Shown piece after piece: positions 1-8,955 of a DNA stretch of 64,000 nucleotides; the stretch's first letter is position 1; every line of letters begins with the position of its first letter. The translations under genes were made by a program, and so were the position numbers. The notes beneath the pieces were generated by a model. It did not search any database. It was not told the DNA's origin and saw only the letters and a program-made list of their open reading frames with translations. The stretch is from Actinomycetes bacterium (GTDB lineage Bacteria > Actinomycetota > Actinomycetes > Actinomycetales > Dermatophilaceae): contig JAKPEG010000068.1 of the NCBI GenBank assembly GCA_029552065.1, positions 3,033 to 67,032 on the forward strand, written 5' to 3'.

Positions 1-705
1 GTGGCGCGCCTCGGCCTCGGCCGAGTATGCCGGCAGATCGGCCATCGTATAGCCGTGTGCCGCACCGGAATAGAGCTCGCCCCGGAAGTCGCAGCCGGCG
101 TCGGCAGCAGCGGCGGCGAAGGTGTCCTGGGCGTCGATCGGCATGGACGGATCGGCGTCGGCATAGCCGAAGTAGAGCCTGGCCCGCACCTTCGGCAGGA
201 GCTGGTGCGGGCTCTGCGGGGAGTCGGTGACGAGGCCACCGGGGTGGAAGCCCGCGACCACCCCGACCCGGTCGGGGCACTGGGCGGCGAGTGCGACGCC
301 GAGTCGCCCGCCCATGCAATAGCCGACCACCCGGGTGGGGGCGTCGGTCACGCGGGCCACCTGCGCCAGCTGGTCGAGGTAGACCGGCCCGTCGGCGGCC
401 CAGAGCGCCGGGGTGAGCGCTGCGATGAGTTCTCCCATCGCCTTGTGCCGGGCGGGAGCCCGCTCGGCGGTGAGCAGCTCCGGGTCGATGAGGGGCTGCC
501 GACCGGCGCGCCAGAAGTGGTTGGGCGCGAGCACGGCCAAGCCCCAGTCGGCGATGCGTTGCGCCATCTGTGCGATCCGCGGGCGCAGCCCGATCGCATC
601 CATGATGAACAGGACGCCTGGATGGGGGCCGGGGTCTTCTGGCAGGGCCAGGAACGCGTCGCACGGGCCATCAGGCATCGGCAGGTCGATCTCCTGGACG
701 GTCAT
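1..705 (-). CDS. dienelactone hydrolase family protein (partial; C-terminus runs off the left edge)
   Basis: Not in the ORF track because there is no stop inside the window. Manual minus-strand translation from ATG 705-703 gives MTVQEIDLPMPDGPCDAFLALPEDPGPHPGVLFIMDAIGLRPRIAQMAQRIADWGLAVLAPN...VVGYCMGGRLGVAL...FGYADADPSMP. It has the G-x-C-x-G nucleophile elbow typical of DLH and high GC3. There is an ATGA start/stop overlap with the upstream MBL gene at 702-705. Confidence 0.8.
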   Translation of the reverse strand, partial: MTVQEIDLPMPDGPCDAFLALPEDPGPHPGVLFIMDAIGLRPRIAQMAQRIADWGLAVLAPNHFWRAGRQPLIDPELLTAERAPARHKAMGELIAALTPALWAADGPVYLDQLAQVARVTDAPTRVVGYCMGGRLGVALAAQCPDRVGVVAGFHPGGLVTDSPQSPHQLLPKVRARLYFGYADADPSMPIDAQDTFAAAAADAGCDFRGELYSGAAHGYTMADLPAYSAEAEARH

Positions 706-1412
706 GTGAGCATGCCCTCTCGACGTAGGAAGCCTCGGATCGCTTCGCGCGGGCGAGTGGCGATCTCCGGACCATGGGTGAAAGCCGCTGTGCGGTAATC
801 GATCTCGGCCAAGCGGAGCGCGGTCCGTTGGCTCATCCGGAAGTTGCTGCAGAAGGCGCGGAACGACCAGCGCAGCCCGAGGACGTTGAAGATCGAGTCG
901 CCCGTGACGAGCGTGGCCGTCGGTTCGTGCAGGTATGCCGCGTGGCCGGGTGAGTGACCGGGCGTGTGGATCACCCGCAGGCCGCCAGCGATCGGGAGCA
1001 ACTCGCCGTCGTGCAATTCCTGTCCCACCTCGACCGCGTGGAAAGGCGTGCGGTCGACCCGGGCGAGCAGGCGACCCAGCCGCGAGTCCCGCGGGGTGTT
1101 CGTGCCGGTCCGCGCGTAGTGGGCGTCGTCGGCGTGGACGGCGACCGTGCGGCCGGTCGCCGCGGCGACCGCCGCCGCACCACCCGCGTGGTCCTGGTGG
1201 GCATGGGTGAGCAGCAGCCGGGTGACGTCCGAGGGCCCGGATCCGATCGCGGTGAGCGCGGCGAGCACCTTGGGGGCCGAGCGCGGGAGGCCCATGTCGA
1301 GGACGGTCACCTGCCCGTCATCGTCGCGCAGGAGGAAACCGTTGACGACGTCGCCCACGAGTCGCACCCGCCAGATCCCCGGCGCGAGCGGGACGACGAG
1401 CGGCCCGGCCAT
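702..1412 (-). CDS. MBL-fold metallo-hydrolase
   Basis: This is the last 236 aa of track ORF 702..1877 (MAGPLVVPLAPGIWRV...). It carries the HxHxDH motif (THAHQDHAGG) and a later PGHSPGH. ATG at 1412 overlaps the stop of the upstream gene (ATGA). The Arg/Pro-rich N-terminal part of the track ORF looks like non-coding read-through. Confidence 0.88.
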   Translation of the reverse strand: MAGPLVVPLAPGIWRVRLVGDVVNGFLLRDDDGQVTVLDMGLPRSAPKVLAALTAIGSGPSDVTRLLLTHAHQDHAGGAAAVAAATGRTVAVHADDAHYARTGTNTPRDSRLGRLLARVDRTPFHAVEVGQELHDGELLPIAGGLRVIHTPGHSPGHAAYLHEPTATLVTGDSIFNVLGLRWSFRAFCSNFRMSQRTALRLAEIDYRTAAFTHGPEIATRPREAIRGFLRREGMLT

Positions 1413-2089
1413 CAGAGGGGGTCCAATTCTGGGGCGCCGAGCCGGGTGAGTTCGCGGTCGAGGTTGACCCGGGCCCGCGGCTCCCACTCCGAGCGCGCGT
1501 GGTCGGTGCGGTAGATCCGGTCGCGGCCGGCGAAGGTGCGCAGCAGGTGAGCGCGCCCGGCGCGGTATGCCGCGTCCGGCACGAAGGAATACTCGGCCCG
1601 CACCTGCCCGCAGTAGGCGTCGAACCGGTCGGGTTCGGCGGACAGGATCCACAGGTCGGCGTCGTGGAAGCAGCGGCCGGCGTCGGCCGGCGCCTCGGCC
1701 GCATCGCTGTGGGCGGCGGTCATGAGCACGAGCGACTCGACGGCGTCGACGTCCGCGTGGTCGAGGTCGAGGCCGGGCAACACGGCCCGGGCGAGCAGTG
1801 CGCTGTCGGCCTCGTTCGCCCCGGCGGGAGCGTCCGCAGCGTAGACGGCGTCGTGGAACCAGCCGGCGAGGCGGCATACCGTCGCGGATCGTTCGCCGAT
1901 TTCGCGCGCGTCCTCGAGCTCCTCAAGCGCCCAGAACACCTCGACGAGGTGGCGGGTGTCGTGGTAGTGCCGGTGTGGCTGACTCCACCGTGCGAGCAGG
2001 TCCGCCCCGGCAGCCTGGACGGCGTCCTCGAAGGCCGTGGGGGCGACGGCGAGCACGTCCTGGGTCCACCAGTGGATGAGCGCCGGCAT
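1412..2089 (-). CDS. uncharacterised HD-superfamily-like metal-dependent phosphohydrolase
   Basis: 225 aa. His/Asp pattern HRHYHDTRH...WFHDAVY...FHDADL. It is the first gene of a three-gene translationally coupled minus-strand unit (2089 to 1). Confidence 0.62.
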   Translation of the reverse strand: MPALIHWWTQDVLAVAPTAFEDAVQAAGADLLARWSQPHRHYHDTRHLVEVFWALEELEDAREIGERSATVCRLAGWFHDAVYAADAPAGANEADSALLARAVLPGLDLDHADVDAVESLVLMTAAHSDAAEAPADAGRCFHDADLWILSAEPDRFDAYCGQVRAEYSFVPDAAYRAGRAHLLRTFAGRDRIYRTDHARSEWEPRARVNLDRELTRLGAPELDPL

Positions 2090-2124
2090 GGGGTCAGTCT
2101 CGCAGACCGGCCGGGCTTCCCAGG

Positions 2125-4164
2125 TCAGCGCAGGGGCTCGGGAAGCTCCCCGGCGTGCACGACGGTGAGGGTCGAGACTGCGCGGGTGAGCACGACATAG
2201 AGCCGACGCAGACCCGTGCGCTCGTCGGGCTCTGCGGCGGCAATGTCGGCGGGTTCCACGACGAGGACCCGGTCGAACTCCAAGCCCTTCGCGACTGTCG
2301 CGGGGACGAGGTCGACCTGGTGCTCGACGTCACCGTGATCGGCGCCAAGGACGCCGTGCCCGATCCCCGCGTTGTCGAGGGCGCGGTGCAGGCCGGCAAT
2401 CGCGCTGTCGGCGGCGATCACGCCGATGGACCCCTCGGCACGGGTCCACTCGGCCACGACGCTGGCCACTGTCGTGGGGAGTTCGGTTGCGGCACAGCGC
2501 TGCACGACAAGTTCTCCCGGGTTGTCGCGGACCGACCGCGGGATCCCAAGGCCGGGAGCCATGTGTGGCAGAAGGCGCGCGGCATAGCCGATGACTTCGG
2601 CCGGCACACGGAAGCCGCGGTCGAGCACCTCGACGTGCGCCTCCGGTTTGCCGAGGTGGGTGAGCGACTCCGTCCAGGAACTCGTCGCCCACGGAGTCGT
2701 GCCCTGGGCGATGTCGCCGAGGACGGTGGCCGAGCCGGTGGAGCAGCGCCGGCCTACGGCCCGCAGGTGCATGGGCGAGAGGTCCTGCGCCTCGTCGAGG
2801 ACGACGTGCCCGAGGCTCGGGGTGCGCTCGAGGAGATCGGCCAGCTCGTCGAGCAGGACGGCGTCGGCGGCCGACCACCTTGCCGATCCTCGTGAGCGGG
2901 GCGGCTTGTCCCACAAGAGGATTTGCTGTTCCTCGGGGGCGAAGAGGTCGCCGGCATGGCGAGCGAGCAGATCCCCGTCGGACAGCAGCCCGGCCAACAT
3001 GGCGCGCGGCTCGACCGGCGGCCACAGCTGCGCGGCATACCGCTGGACGGCGCTGCTGCGGGCGACGGCGTCTTGCACCCGGTCGTCGGGCGAGCCGCCC
3101 GCGCGCTCCATCCCGAGCAGGACGAGGTGAGCGAGGCGCTGGGGCAGCATCGCCCGCGCTGCGCCGTAGCGGACGCCCCGGCCGGCCAGCTCGTCGAGCA
3201 CCTCCTGCACGAGGTATGCCGCGACCCGCCACCGGTGCGCTCCGCGGGGGACGACGAGGGGTTCGTCGGCCGTGCCCACGTGACTCCACACCGCACGGTG
3301 GAGCAGGGTCGCCATCCGCGGGTCGCCCTTGAGGGTTGCCGCGGCGGGGGAGTCGGCGCCGCGCACCGGCACGTGGGCGACCAGGCCGGCCGCGGTCGTG
3401 TGTCTCACCTCCACCTCGCCGAGAGCGGGCAGGACCGCCCCGATGTGGTCGAGGAAGGCGCTGTTGGGGCCGACGACGAGGACGCCCGTCCGGGTGAGTC
3501 GATCGCGATGGGCATAGAGCAGCCACGCGGCTCGGTGCAGTCCGACCGCGGTCTTGCCGGTCCCGGGGGCGCCCTGGACGCAGACGGTCGTGCCGGCGTC
3601 GGCGCGGACGAGGGCGTCCTGTTCGGGCTGGATGGTCGCGACGATGTCGCGCATCGGCCCCACACGTGGACGTTCGATCTCGTCCTGGAGGATCGCGCTG
3701 CGTCGCTCGCCTTCGGTCGGGTCGAGCAGGTGCTCGTCCTCGTATGCCGTGAGCCGGCCACGGTCGACGCCGAACCGGCGCCGCCGGCGCACCCCGAGCG
3801 GGGCGGCGCGGGACGCCCGGTAGAAGGTGGCCGACAGGTCCGCCCGCCAGTCGACGACGACGGGGTCCCCGCGCTCGTCCCGGACGTGGCGCCGCCCGAT
3901 GTACCAGCGCTCGTGTCCCTCGACGTCGTGATCGAGATCCAGCCGTCCGAAGAAGAGGGTTGAGGTGGGGTCGTCGGCGAGGGTGGCGAGGCGGGCGTGG
4001 AGGGTGAGGGCGAGGAATTCGCTGGACACCCGGTCTCCGCCGAGAGGGTTGTCGCGCAGTGCCTCGGTGGCCCGGCGCATCCGGGCCAGCTCGGCACGTG
4101 CGTGGTCGAGATAGCCCTGCTCGGCGGCGAGGTCGGGATCGGGAGGGTGGTCGGGGACGGGCAC
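2125..4164 (-). CDS. helD: HelD/HelR-like UvrD-family (SF1) ATPase, RNA-polymerase-associated
   Basis: 679 aa. Walker A is VQGAPGTGKTAVGLHR, with LDEAQDLSP (motif II-like) and a C-terminal VAKGLEFDRVLVV...RRLYVVLTRA. The N-terminal coiled-coil-like arm (EQGYLDHARAELARMRR) followed by FFGRLD...WYIGRRHV is typical of actinobacterial HelD. GTG start at 4164 is preceded by GGAGG. Confidence 0.82.
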   Translation of the reverse strand: MPVPDHPPDPDLAAEQGYLDHARAELARMRRATEALRDNPLGGDRVSSEFLALTLHARLATLADDPTSTLFFGRLDLDHDVEGHERWYIGRRHVRDERGDPVVVDWRADLSATFYRASRAAPLGVRRRRRFGVDRGRLTAYEDEHLLDPTEGERRSAILQDEIERPRVGPMRDIVATIQPEQDALVRADAGTTVCVQGAPGTGKTAVGLHRAAWLLYAHRDRLTRTGVLVVGPNSAFLDHIGAVLPALGEVEVRHTTAAGLVAHVPVRGADSPAAATLKGDPRMATLLHRAVWSHVGTADEPLVVPRGAHRWRVAAYLVQEVLDELAGRGVRYGAARAMLPQRLAHLVLLGMERAGGSPDDRVQDAVARSSAVQRYAAQLWPPVEPRAMLAGLLSDGDLLARHAGDLFAPEEQQILLWDKPPRSRGSARWSAADAVLLDELADLLERTPSLGHVVLDEAQDLSPMHLRAVGRRCSTGSATVLGDIAQGTTPWATSSWTESLTHLGKPEAHVEVLDRGFRVPAEVIGYAARLLPHMAPGLGIPRSVRDNPGELVVQRCAATELPTTVASVVAEWTRAEGSIGVIAADSAIAGLHRALDNAGIGHGVLGADHGDVEHQVDLVPATVAKGLEFDRVLVVEPADIAAAEPDERTGLRRLYVVLTRAVSTLTVVHAGELPEPLR

Positions 4165-4201
4165 GGGAGGTCACCTCCGTGTCGGCGGGGAGCGCTCGGT
4201 G

Positions 4202-4222
4202 GGGGAAGGACTTTCCTACCCC
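4202..4222. promoter_or_regulatory. imperfect inverted repeat GGGGAAGGA-CTT-TCCTACCCC upstream of helD-like gene
   Basis: Read directly: 9-nt arms with one A/A mismatch and a 3-nt spacer, 38-58 nt upstream of the helD-like start, in the divergent helD/HNH intergenic region. Function is not established. Confidence 0.3.
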
Positions 4223-4293
4223 GGCGAGCGCCCAGGGTCAACCGGGTTTCCCGTCGGGCCACCGTCATCGAGTGTGTACTGACACGAAAAGTG

Positions 4294-4322
4294 TTGACAC
4301 GCAGAGGATTTCACTCTAGAAT
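4294..4322 (+). promoter_or_regulatory. consensus sigma-A-type promoter (TTGACA-17 nt-TAGAAT) predicting a leaderless mRNA for the HNH gene
   Basis: TTGACA at 4294-4299, a 17-nt spacer, TAGAAT at 4317-4322. The ATG at 4330 lies 7 nt after the -10 hexamer and there is no Shine-Dalgarno sequence in between. Confidence 0.6.
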
Positions 4323-4329
4323 CGAACAC

Positions 4330-6015
4330 ATGTCCGAGATGGCGTTTGAGGCGTTGGAGGCCCTTCCAGGGTCGGTCGACGCGATCGCGCACGCCGACCT
4401 CGGCGAGCTGGGGGAGGCGGTCCTCGGCGCGACCGTCCCAGGGATCGAGGGCTTCTCTCGTGACTGTCTCGAGCGCTACGTCGCGGCGAGCAACCGGGTG
4501 CTCGCCGCGGTGGCGGCACGGCAGGCTGCCGCGGTCGCGGCATATGCGTTGGCGGTCGTCGAAGAGGAGGCCTCCCGCGAGCGCGATCGGCTCGCTCGCT
4601 GGGAGGTGGCCGCCGAGGCGGCCGCCCAGACGGGTATGCCGCGCCCGCACCGTCCGCGCCCGCTCGGCTGCTCCTCGGTCCAGATGGCCGCGGCCTCGCT
4701 CGCGCCGCTGCTTCATGTCGCTCCGCGCACGATGGCCGCACGGATAGGGTCCGCCCTCCTGCTGGGCGAGTTGCCGCGCACCCTGGCATCGGCGCTCGAC
4801 GGACGGCTCGAACCGCATCGGTGGATCCACGTGACTCGGGCGCTCAGCCACGTGGGGATCGAGCGCGGCCAGGAGCTCGAGGCCCGGCTGCACGACCGGG
4901 ACATCGCCGAGCTCTCCGGATCGCAGGTGAAGGCGCGCTGCCAGCGGATCGAGGCGGCGTTCACGGCGCTCGACGCGAGCGTCGAGCGTGCCGCGAAAGC
5001 ACGGCGCATGGTGACCATCGACCCGGCCGACGAGCCGGGGCTCACCGCCTGGTCGGCACTGCTGCCCAGCGAGGACTCGACCCGGATGTGGTCGGCGGTC
5101 GAGGAGTTGGCTCGCGAATACCGGGTCGCCCGAGCGGAGCTCACCGTCGGCCAGTCGCGGGCCGACGCCCTCACCGACCTCGTCCTCGCGCAGGCACGGG
5201 TGAGCTCCGAGGTCGTCCTCGTCGTGGCTGCCGACCGCACAGACGACACCGACGACGCCGACTGCACCGACCGCACAGACGACACCGACCGCACCGACTA
5301 CGCCGACCGCACCGACCGCACCGACCACGCCGACGACGCGTGGCCGGTGGCCACGGGCGCGGTGGACGTGGACACCGAGCTCCCGGCCACGATCCTCGAT
5401 CATCCCCGGCAGCCAGCCGCGGCCCCGGCGCATCGGCCCGGGCTGGCTTGGGTCCCTGAGTCGGCCGCTGGGCCGGCCGCTGAGTCGGCATTGGAGTGGC
5501 GCTGGTTACTCGCCGCCTGCGACTCCGAGGCGGCCGACGCCAACCCGAGGCTCCGGCGCGATCGCGGCGGGTCGGTGTGGTTCGTCCCGGCGGCCGTCAC
5601 CGTGCCGCGGGTCGGCACCATCCTCCCGGAGCACGTGGCAGCGCTGTTGGCCGATCCGGACACCCTGGTCCGCCTCGGCACACGTGACCCCCGGACCGGG
5701 GTCGTCCTGGCGGTCGGCGCCGGCTATCGTCCCGGGGCGAACCTGGCGCGTGCGGTGCGGCTGCGCGATGGGACCTGCCGGTTCCCGGGATGTGCGACGC
5801 CCGCGGAGCGCTGCGACCTCGACCACGTCGTCCCTTGGCCGTGCGGCCGCACCGAGGCGGGCAACCTCGTCGCACTGTGCCGGACCCACCACGGCTTCAA
5901 GCACCACGCAGGGTGGACGCTCGAGCTGGCCGGTGACGGCGAGTGCACGTGGACCGCCCCCACGGGCAGGTCACACCGGACCCGCCCACCAGACCTCGGC
6001 GACCGGGCCGCGTGA
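4330..6015 (+). CDS. DUF222-domain HNH endonuclease (REP13E12-type family)
   Basis: This is the C-terminal 561 aa of track ORF 3997..6015, starting MSEMAFEALEAL. The C-terminal HNH module is RDGTCRFPGCATPAERCDLDHVVPWPCGRTEAGNLVALCRTHHGFKHH. The N-terminal and central part has the usual DUF222 architecture. Confidence 0.85.
   Translation: MSEMAFEALEALPGSVDAIAHADLGELGEAVLGATVPGIEGFSRDCLERYVAASNRVLAAVAARQAAAVAAYALAVVEEEASRERDRLARWEVAAEAAAQTGMPRPHRPRPLGCSSVQMAAASLAPLLHVAPRTMAARIGSALLLGELPRTLASALDGRLEPHRWIHVTRALSHVGIERGQELEARLHDRDIAELSGSQVKARCQRIEAAFTALDASVERAAKARRMVTIDPADEPGLTAWSALLPSEDSTRMWSAVEELAREYRVARAELTVGQSRADALTDLVLAQARVSSEVVLVVAADRTDDTDDADCTDRTDDTDRTDYADRTDRTDHADDAWPVATGAVDVDTELPATILDHPRQPAAAPAHRPGLAWVPESAAGPAAESALEWRWLLAACDSEAADANPRLRRDRGGSVWFVPAAVTVPRVGTILPEHVAALLADPDTLVRLGTRDPRTGVVLAVGAGYRPGANLARAVRLRDGTCRFPGCATPAERCDLDHVVPWPCGRTEAGNLVALCRTHHGFKHHAGWTLELAGDGECTWTAPTGRSHRTRPPDLGDRAA
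5230..5340 (+). repeat. in-frame Asp/Thr/Arg-rich tandem repeat inside the HNH gene
   Basis: It encodes ADRTDDTDDADCTDRTDDTDRTDYADRTDRTDHADD. A 23-nt block ccgaccgcacagacgacaccgac is exactly duplicated at 5231 and 5267 (36-nt period), followed by reiterated cgcaccgac units. Confidence 0.85.
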
Positions 6016-6043
6016 GCGCTCCGATCGCGCGGGCCTACGAGGT

Positions 6044-7483
6044 TCAGTTCGCGGGGCGGGCCGCGAGCGTGACGGTGACCTCCTGGGTCTGGCTGCCCCG
6101 GACGACCGTGAGCTTGACGGTGTCGCCGACGTTGCGCTGCCGGATGGCCGCGACGAGGGAGAGCGAGCCGTCGACGCGCTTGCCGTCGATGGTCGTGATG
6201 GCGTCGCCCGCCTGCAGACCGGCCTGGGCGGCCGGCGTGCCGTCCGCGACCGACTTCACGACGGCCGCCGCACGTTTGGCGTTGCCGTCGGGCACCGTGC
6301 CGTCGGCGGAGGAGATGCCGAGGTAGGCATGCTGCGCCTTGCCGGTCGAGATGAGCTGGTCGGCGATCGAGACGACCTCGTTGACCGGGATCGCGAAGCC
6401 GATGCCGATGTTGCCGCTCTGCTGGGTCGACGAGCTGCCGAGCGAGGCGATCGAGGAGTTGATGCCGACGAGCTGGCCGTTGGCGGTGACGAGTGCACCC
6501 CCGGAGTTGCCCGGGTTGATCGCAGCCGAGGTCTGGATCGCGTTGGTGACGACCGGTTCGGTGCTGCCGCCGGTCTGGCTCTGGCTGCCACTGGTCCGCA
6601 CCGGCCGATCGAGAGCGCTCACGATGCCCGTCGTCACCGTGCCGGCGAGGCCGAGGGGGTTGCCCACGGCCATGACCGGGTCGCCGACGGCGAGCGTGTC
6701 CGAGTCGCCCACGCTCATCGGGACGAGGTCGCTCGGAGGGTCGGTGATGGTGAGGACGGCCAGGTCGGTCGAAGGGTCGGTTCCAGCGATGGTCGCGTCG
6801 AAGGTGCGCCCGTCGGCGAGGGTGACGGTGATCTCCGCGCCATTGCCGGCACCGGTGGCGACGTGGTTGTTCGTCACGACATGCCCGGCCTTGTCGTAGA
6901 CCACGCCCGAACCTTCACCCTCGCCCGACGAACTCGTCACCGAGATCGCCACGACGCTGGGGGCGACAGCCTCGGCCGTGACCGCCCAGTCGACGGCCGC
7001 CCCGTTCGCCTGGACGACCGGGGCGTCGCGGTTGGTCGACTGCCCGGAAGGTGCGGTGGCCGTCGTCGTCGACGAGGCGGGCCGGGTGAGGGCATAGGTG
7101 CCGCCGCTGGCCAGCCCCGCCGCAAGGACGGCGACGGCGGCCAGCTCGGCGACCCTCCGGCCGGCACCGTGGGGCCGAGCTGGGGAGTGCGCCGCGACCG
7201 GGGTGGGGGGCGCGCCGGGGATGGGCGGCATACCGGCCCCTGTCGGGGCGGCCGGATAGGACGGCCAAGCGGGCGGCGATGCGACCGGCACGGGCTGGGT
7301 GGGTGAGGGGGGCGGGAAGGCCGTAGTGGCCTCGGCCCCGCTCTGCGGACCGGCCGGGGTCGGCGCCCAGGCGGTCACCGGCGGCTCGGCCGAAGCGGGC
7401 GGTGCCGGCGGCACGGGTGGCGTCTCGTAGGCGGCATACCAGGGCTGCTGGGGCTGCTGGGGGGGACGCTGCGGGTCCGTCAT
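6044..7483 (-). CDS. HtrA/PepD-like S1C serine protease with PDZ domain
   Basis: 479 aa. It has a Pro/Gln-rich N-terminus, a TM segment (LAAVAVLAAGLASGG), a trypsin-like core with GNSGGAL, and a C-terminal PDZ (VADGTPAAQAGLQAGDAITTIDGKRV). AAGGAGAG lies upstream of ATG 7483. Confidence 0.9.
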   Translation of the reverse strand: MTDPQRPPQQPQQPWYAAYETPPVPPAPPASAEPPVTAWAPTPAGPQSGAEATTAFPPPSPTQPVPVASPPAWPSYPAAPTGAGMPPIPGAPPTPVAAHSPARPHGAGRRVAELAAVAVLAAGLASGGTYALTRPASSTTTATAPSGQSTNRDAPVVQANGAAVDWAVTAEAVAPSVVAISVTSSSGEGEGSGVVYDKAGHVVTNNHVATGAGNGAEITVTLADGRTFDATIAGTDPSTDLAVLTITDPPSDLVPMSVGDSDTLAVGDPVMAVGNPLGLAGTVTTGIVSALDRPVRTSGSQSQTGGSTEPVVTNAIQTSAAINPGNSGGALVTANGQLVGINSSIASLGSSSTQQSGNIGIGFAIPVNEVVSIADQLISTGKAQHAYLGISSADGTVPDGNAKRAAAVVKSVADGTPAAQAGLQAGDAITTIDGKRVDGSLSLVAAIRQRNVGDTVKLTVVRGSQTQEVTVTLAARPAN

Positions 7484-7602
7484 GCGGTGATCTCTCCTTG
7501 TCGACCTTCGACACCGACCCCCACATCATCTCTCGCCCCTGGGGGTCCGCTGGGCGGATGCTGTGTGGAACCTGTGCGTGCCGGGTGGGTCACACTGGTC
7601 CG

Positions 7603-8010
7603 GTGATCACGCTCGAGCTCGCCCGGCGCCTCCGCGAGGCGGGTATGCCGTGGACCCCGGCTTCGGGGGACCGCTTCGTCGTGGGCCGTCCGGGGATGGA
7701 GGACGAGGTCTTCGTCCTCGCCGACATGCTCGCCGAGGTGCACGACTTCGTCGACGGTGCGGTCGTGGGCTTCAACGGGACCGTCGAATGGGCCCTGGAC
7801 TCCGTCGCACTCGCCGAGGTCGTCTGGCTGCCGCGCGAGGAACAGCTGCGCGAGGCGTTGGGTGGGTCCTTCGAGCGGTTGGAAGCGGTCACCGGGGGCT
7901 TCGTCGTCGTCACCCGGTCGCCGGACGGGCAGGTGACCACCCGGCATACCGACCTCGACCCGGAGCGCGCCTATGCGCGGGCGGTGCTCGCCAAGCTCAC
8001 CGGGTCCTGA
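7603..8010 (+). CDS. hypothetical protein
   Basis: GTG at 7603 (VITLELARRLREAGMPWTPASGDRFVV...), 135 aa, with high GC3. The start choice within track ORF 7402..8010 is uncertain. No family recognised. Confidence 0.5.
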   Translation: MITLELARRLREAGMPWTPASGDRFVVGRPGMEDEVFVLADMLAEVHDFVDGAVVGFNGTVEWALDSVALAEVVWLPREEQLREALGGSFERLEAVTGGFVVVTRSPDGQVTTRHTDLDPERAYARAVLAKLTGS

Positions 8011-8028
8011 TTCCGGCCCACGGGTAGC

Positions 8029-8955
8029 GTGGCGGTCATGGGGAACCTCGACATGCGGGCATGGGCGCAGCGTGTCGCGCCCCTGTGGCTGGTCTGGGTC
8101 CTCTACCTGACGCCGGTCGGCTGGCTCTGGTCGCTGTGGTTGGCCGCCCAGAACGGCGCTGCGATGGTCGGCGGCAGCCGCACCTACGACGAGTACGGCA
8201 ATCTGGTCGGCTCGACCGCCGCGGACACCCCGGGGATCCTCGCCGAGTTGGTCATGGTGCTCTCTTTCGGCTACTACCAGCCGGTGCCGGTCGACGTGGT
8301 CCTGCTGTCCCTGGGCTTCGCTGCGACGGTTCTGGCCATTCATCTGCCGCGGGTCGGCCGCCGGAAGGTGCGACCGCCAGCAGCAGTGGGTGCGCTGCTG
8401 GCCGCAGGACCGGTGCTGCTGGCTGTCGCGGTCCTCGCCGTGGGCGACTCCGCGGTGGACGCGTTCGCGCCGCAGATCAGCGCCACCGAGGCACACTGGC
8501 TGTGGACGTCGACTCTCCGCTTCGTCGTGCCGGCGATGGTGTCTGTGCCGCTCGGGTGGATTCTCCTGCGGATCGGCTGGGGGCCGCCGCCGTCGAGGGT
8601 CACGCCCGGGGCCGAGGGGACCGTCGGGGAGGACTCGGAGGCGTCGGAGCCGTTCGCCACCACGGCAGCGGAGGCGGACGCCGACCACGAGGCCGACCCG
8701 GTCGCGCCCGCACCGTCCCGCGCCGAGGCCCAGCCGCTGCCCGAGGGTGAGCTCGAGGCACGTGGGTGGGACCGGCGACCGGAGTTGCCGGCCGACTTCC
8801 GGGCGCCCGCTGCCGGTGCCTCGCCCTATGAGCGCCCCTCGCCGACCCGGGCCGGTGCCGGGCCGGACGGGCTGCCCGGTGCCAGGGAAGAGGGGGCCGA
8901 CCCCTCGGCACTCGACCCGCTCGCGGCATACCGCCGCCCGCGCGCCGACGGCTAG
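8029..8955 (+). CDS. hypothetical integral membrane protein with acidic/Pro-rich C-terminal tail
   Basis: 308 aa with several hydrophobic segments (LWLVWVLYLTPVGWLWSLWLAA; VVLLSLGFAATVLAI; LLAAGPVLLAVAVLAV). Its stop TAG (8953-8955) overlaps the convergent XPB stop (CTAG). Confidence 0.55.
   Translation: MAVMGNLDMRAWAQRVAPLWLVWVLYLTPVGWLWSLWLAAQNGAAMVGGSRTYDEYGNLVGSTAADTPGILAELVMVLSFGYYQPVPVDVVLLSLGFAATVLAIHLPRVGRRKVRPPAAVGALLAAGPVLLAVAVLAVGDSAVDAFAPQISATEAHWLWTSTLRFVVPAMVSVPLGWILLRIGWGPPPSRVTPGAEGTVGEDSEASEPFATTAAEADADHEADPVAPAPSRAEAQPLPEGELEARGWDRRPELPADFRAPAAGASPYERPSPTRAGAGPDGLPGAREEGADPSALDPLAAYRRPRADG

Noticed and set aside
5230-5340. Possibility that the short direct repeats here (or at 41270-41299 and 31177-31215) represent a CRISPR array.
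   Set aside because: The units are 8-36 nt with no unique spacers, and two of the three lie in frame inside genes. No cas genes are in the window.
8952-8955. Overlapping convergent stop codons (CTAG) of the membrane protein and XPB, and the 38-nt convergent overlap of the MFS and GNAT genes (30679-30716).
   Set aside because: Both are real in the sequence, but such overlaps are common in compact high-G+C genomes. There is no evidence of regulatory significance.
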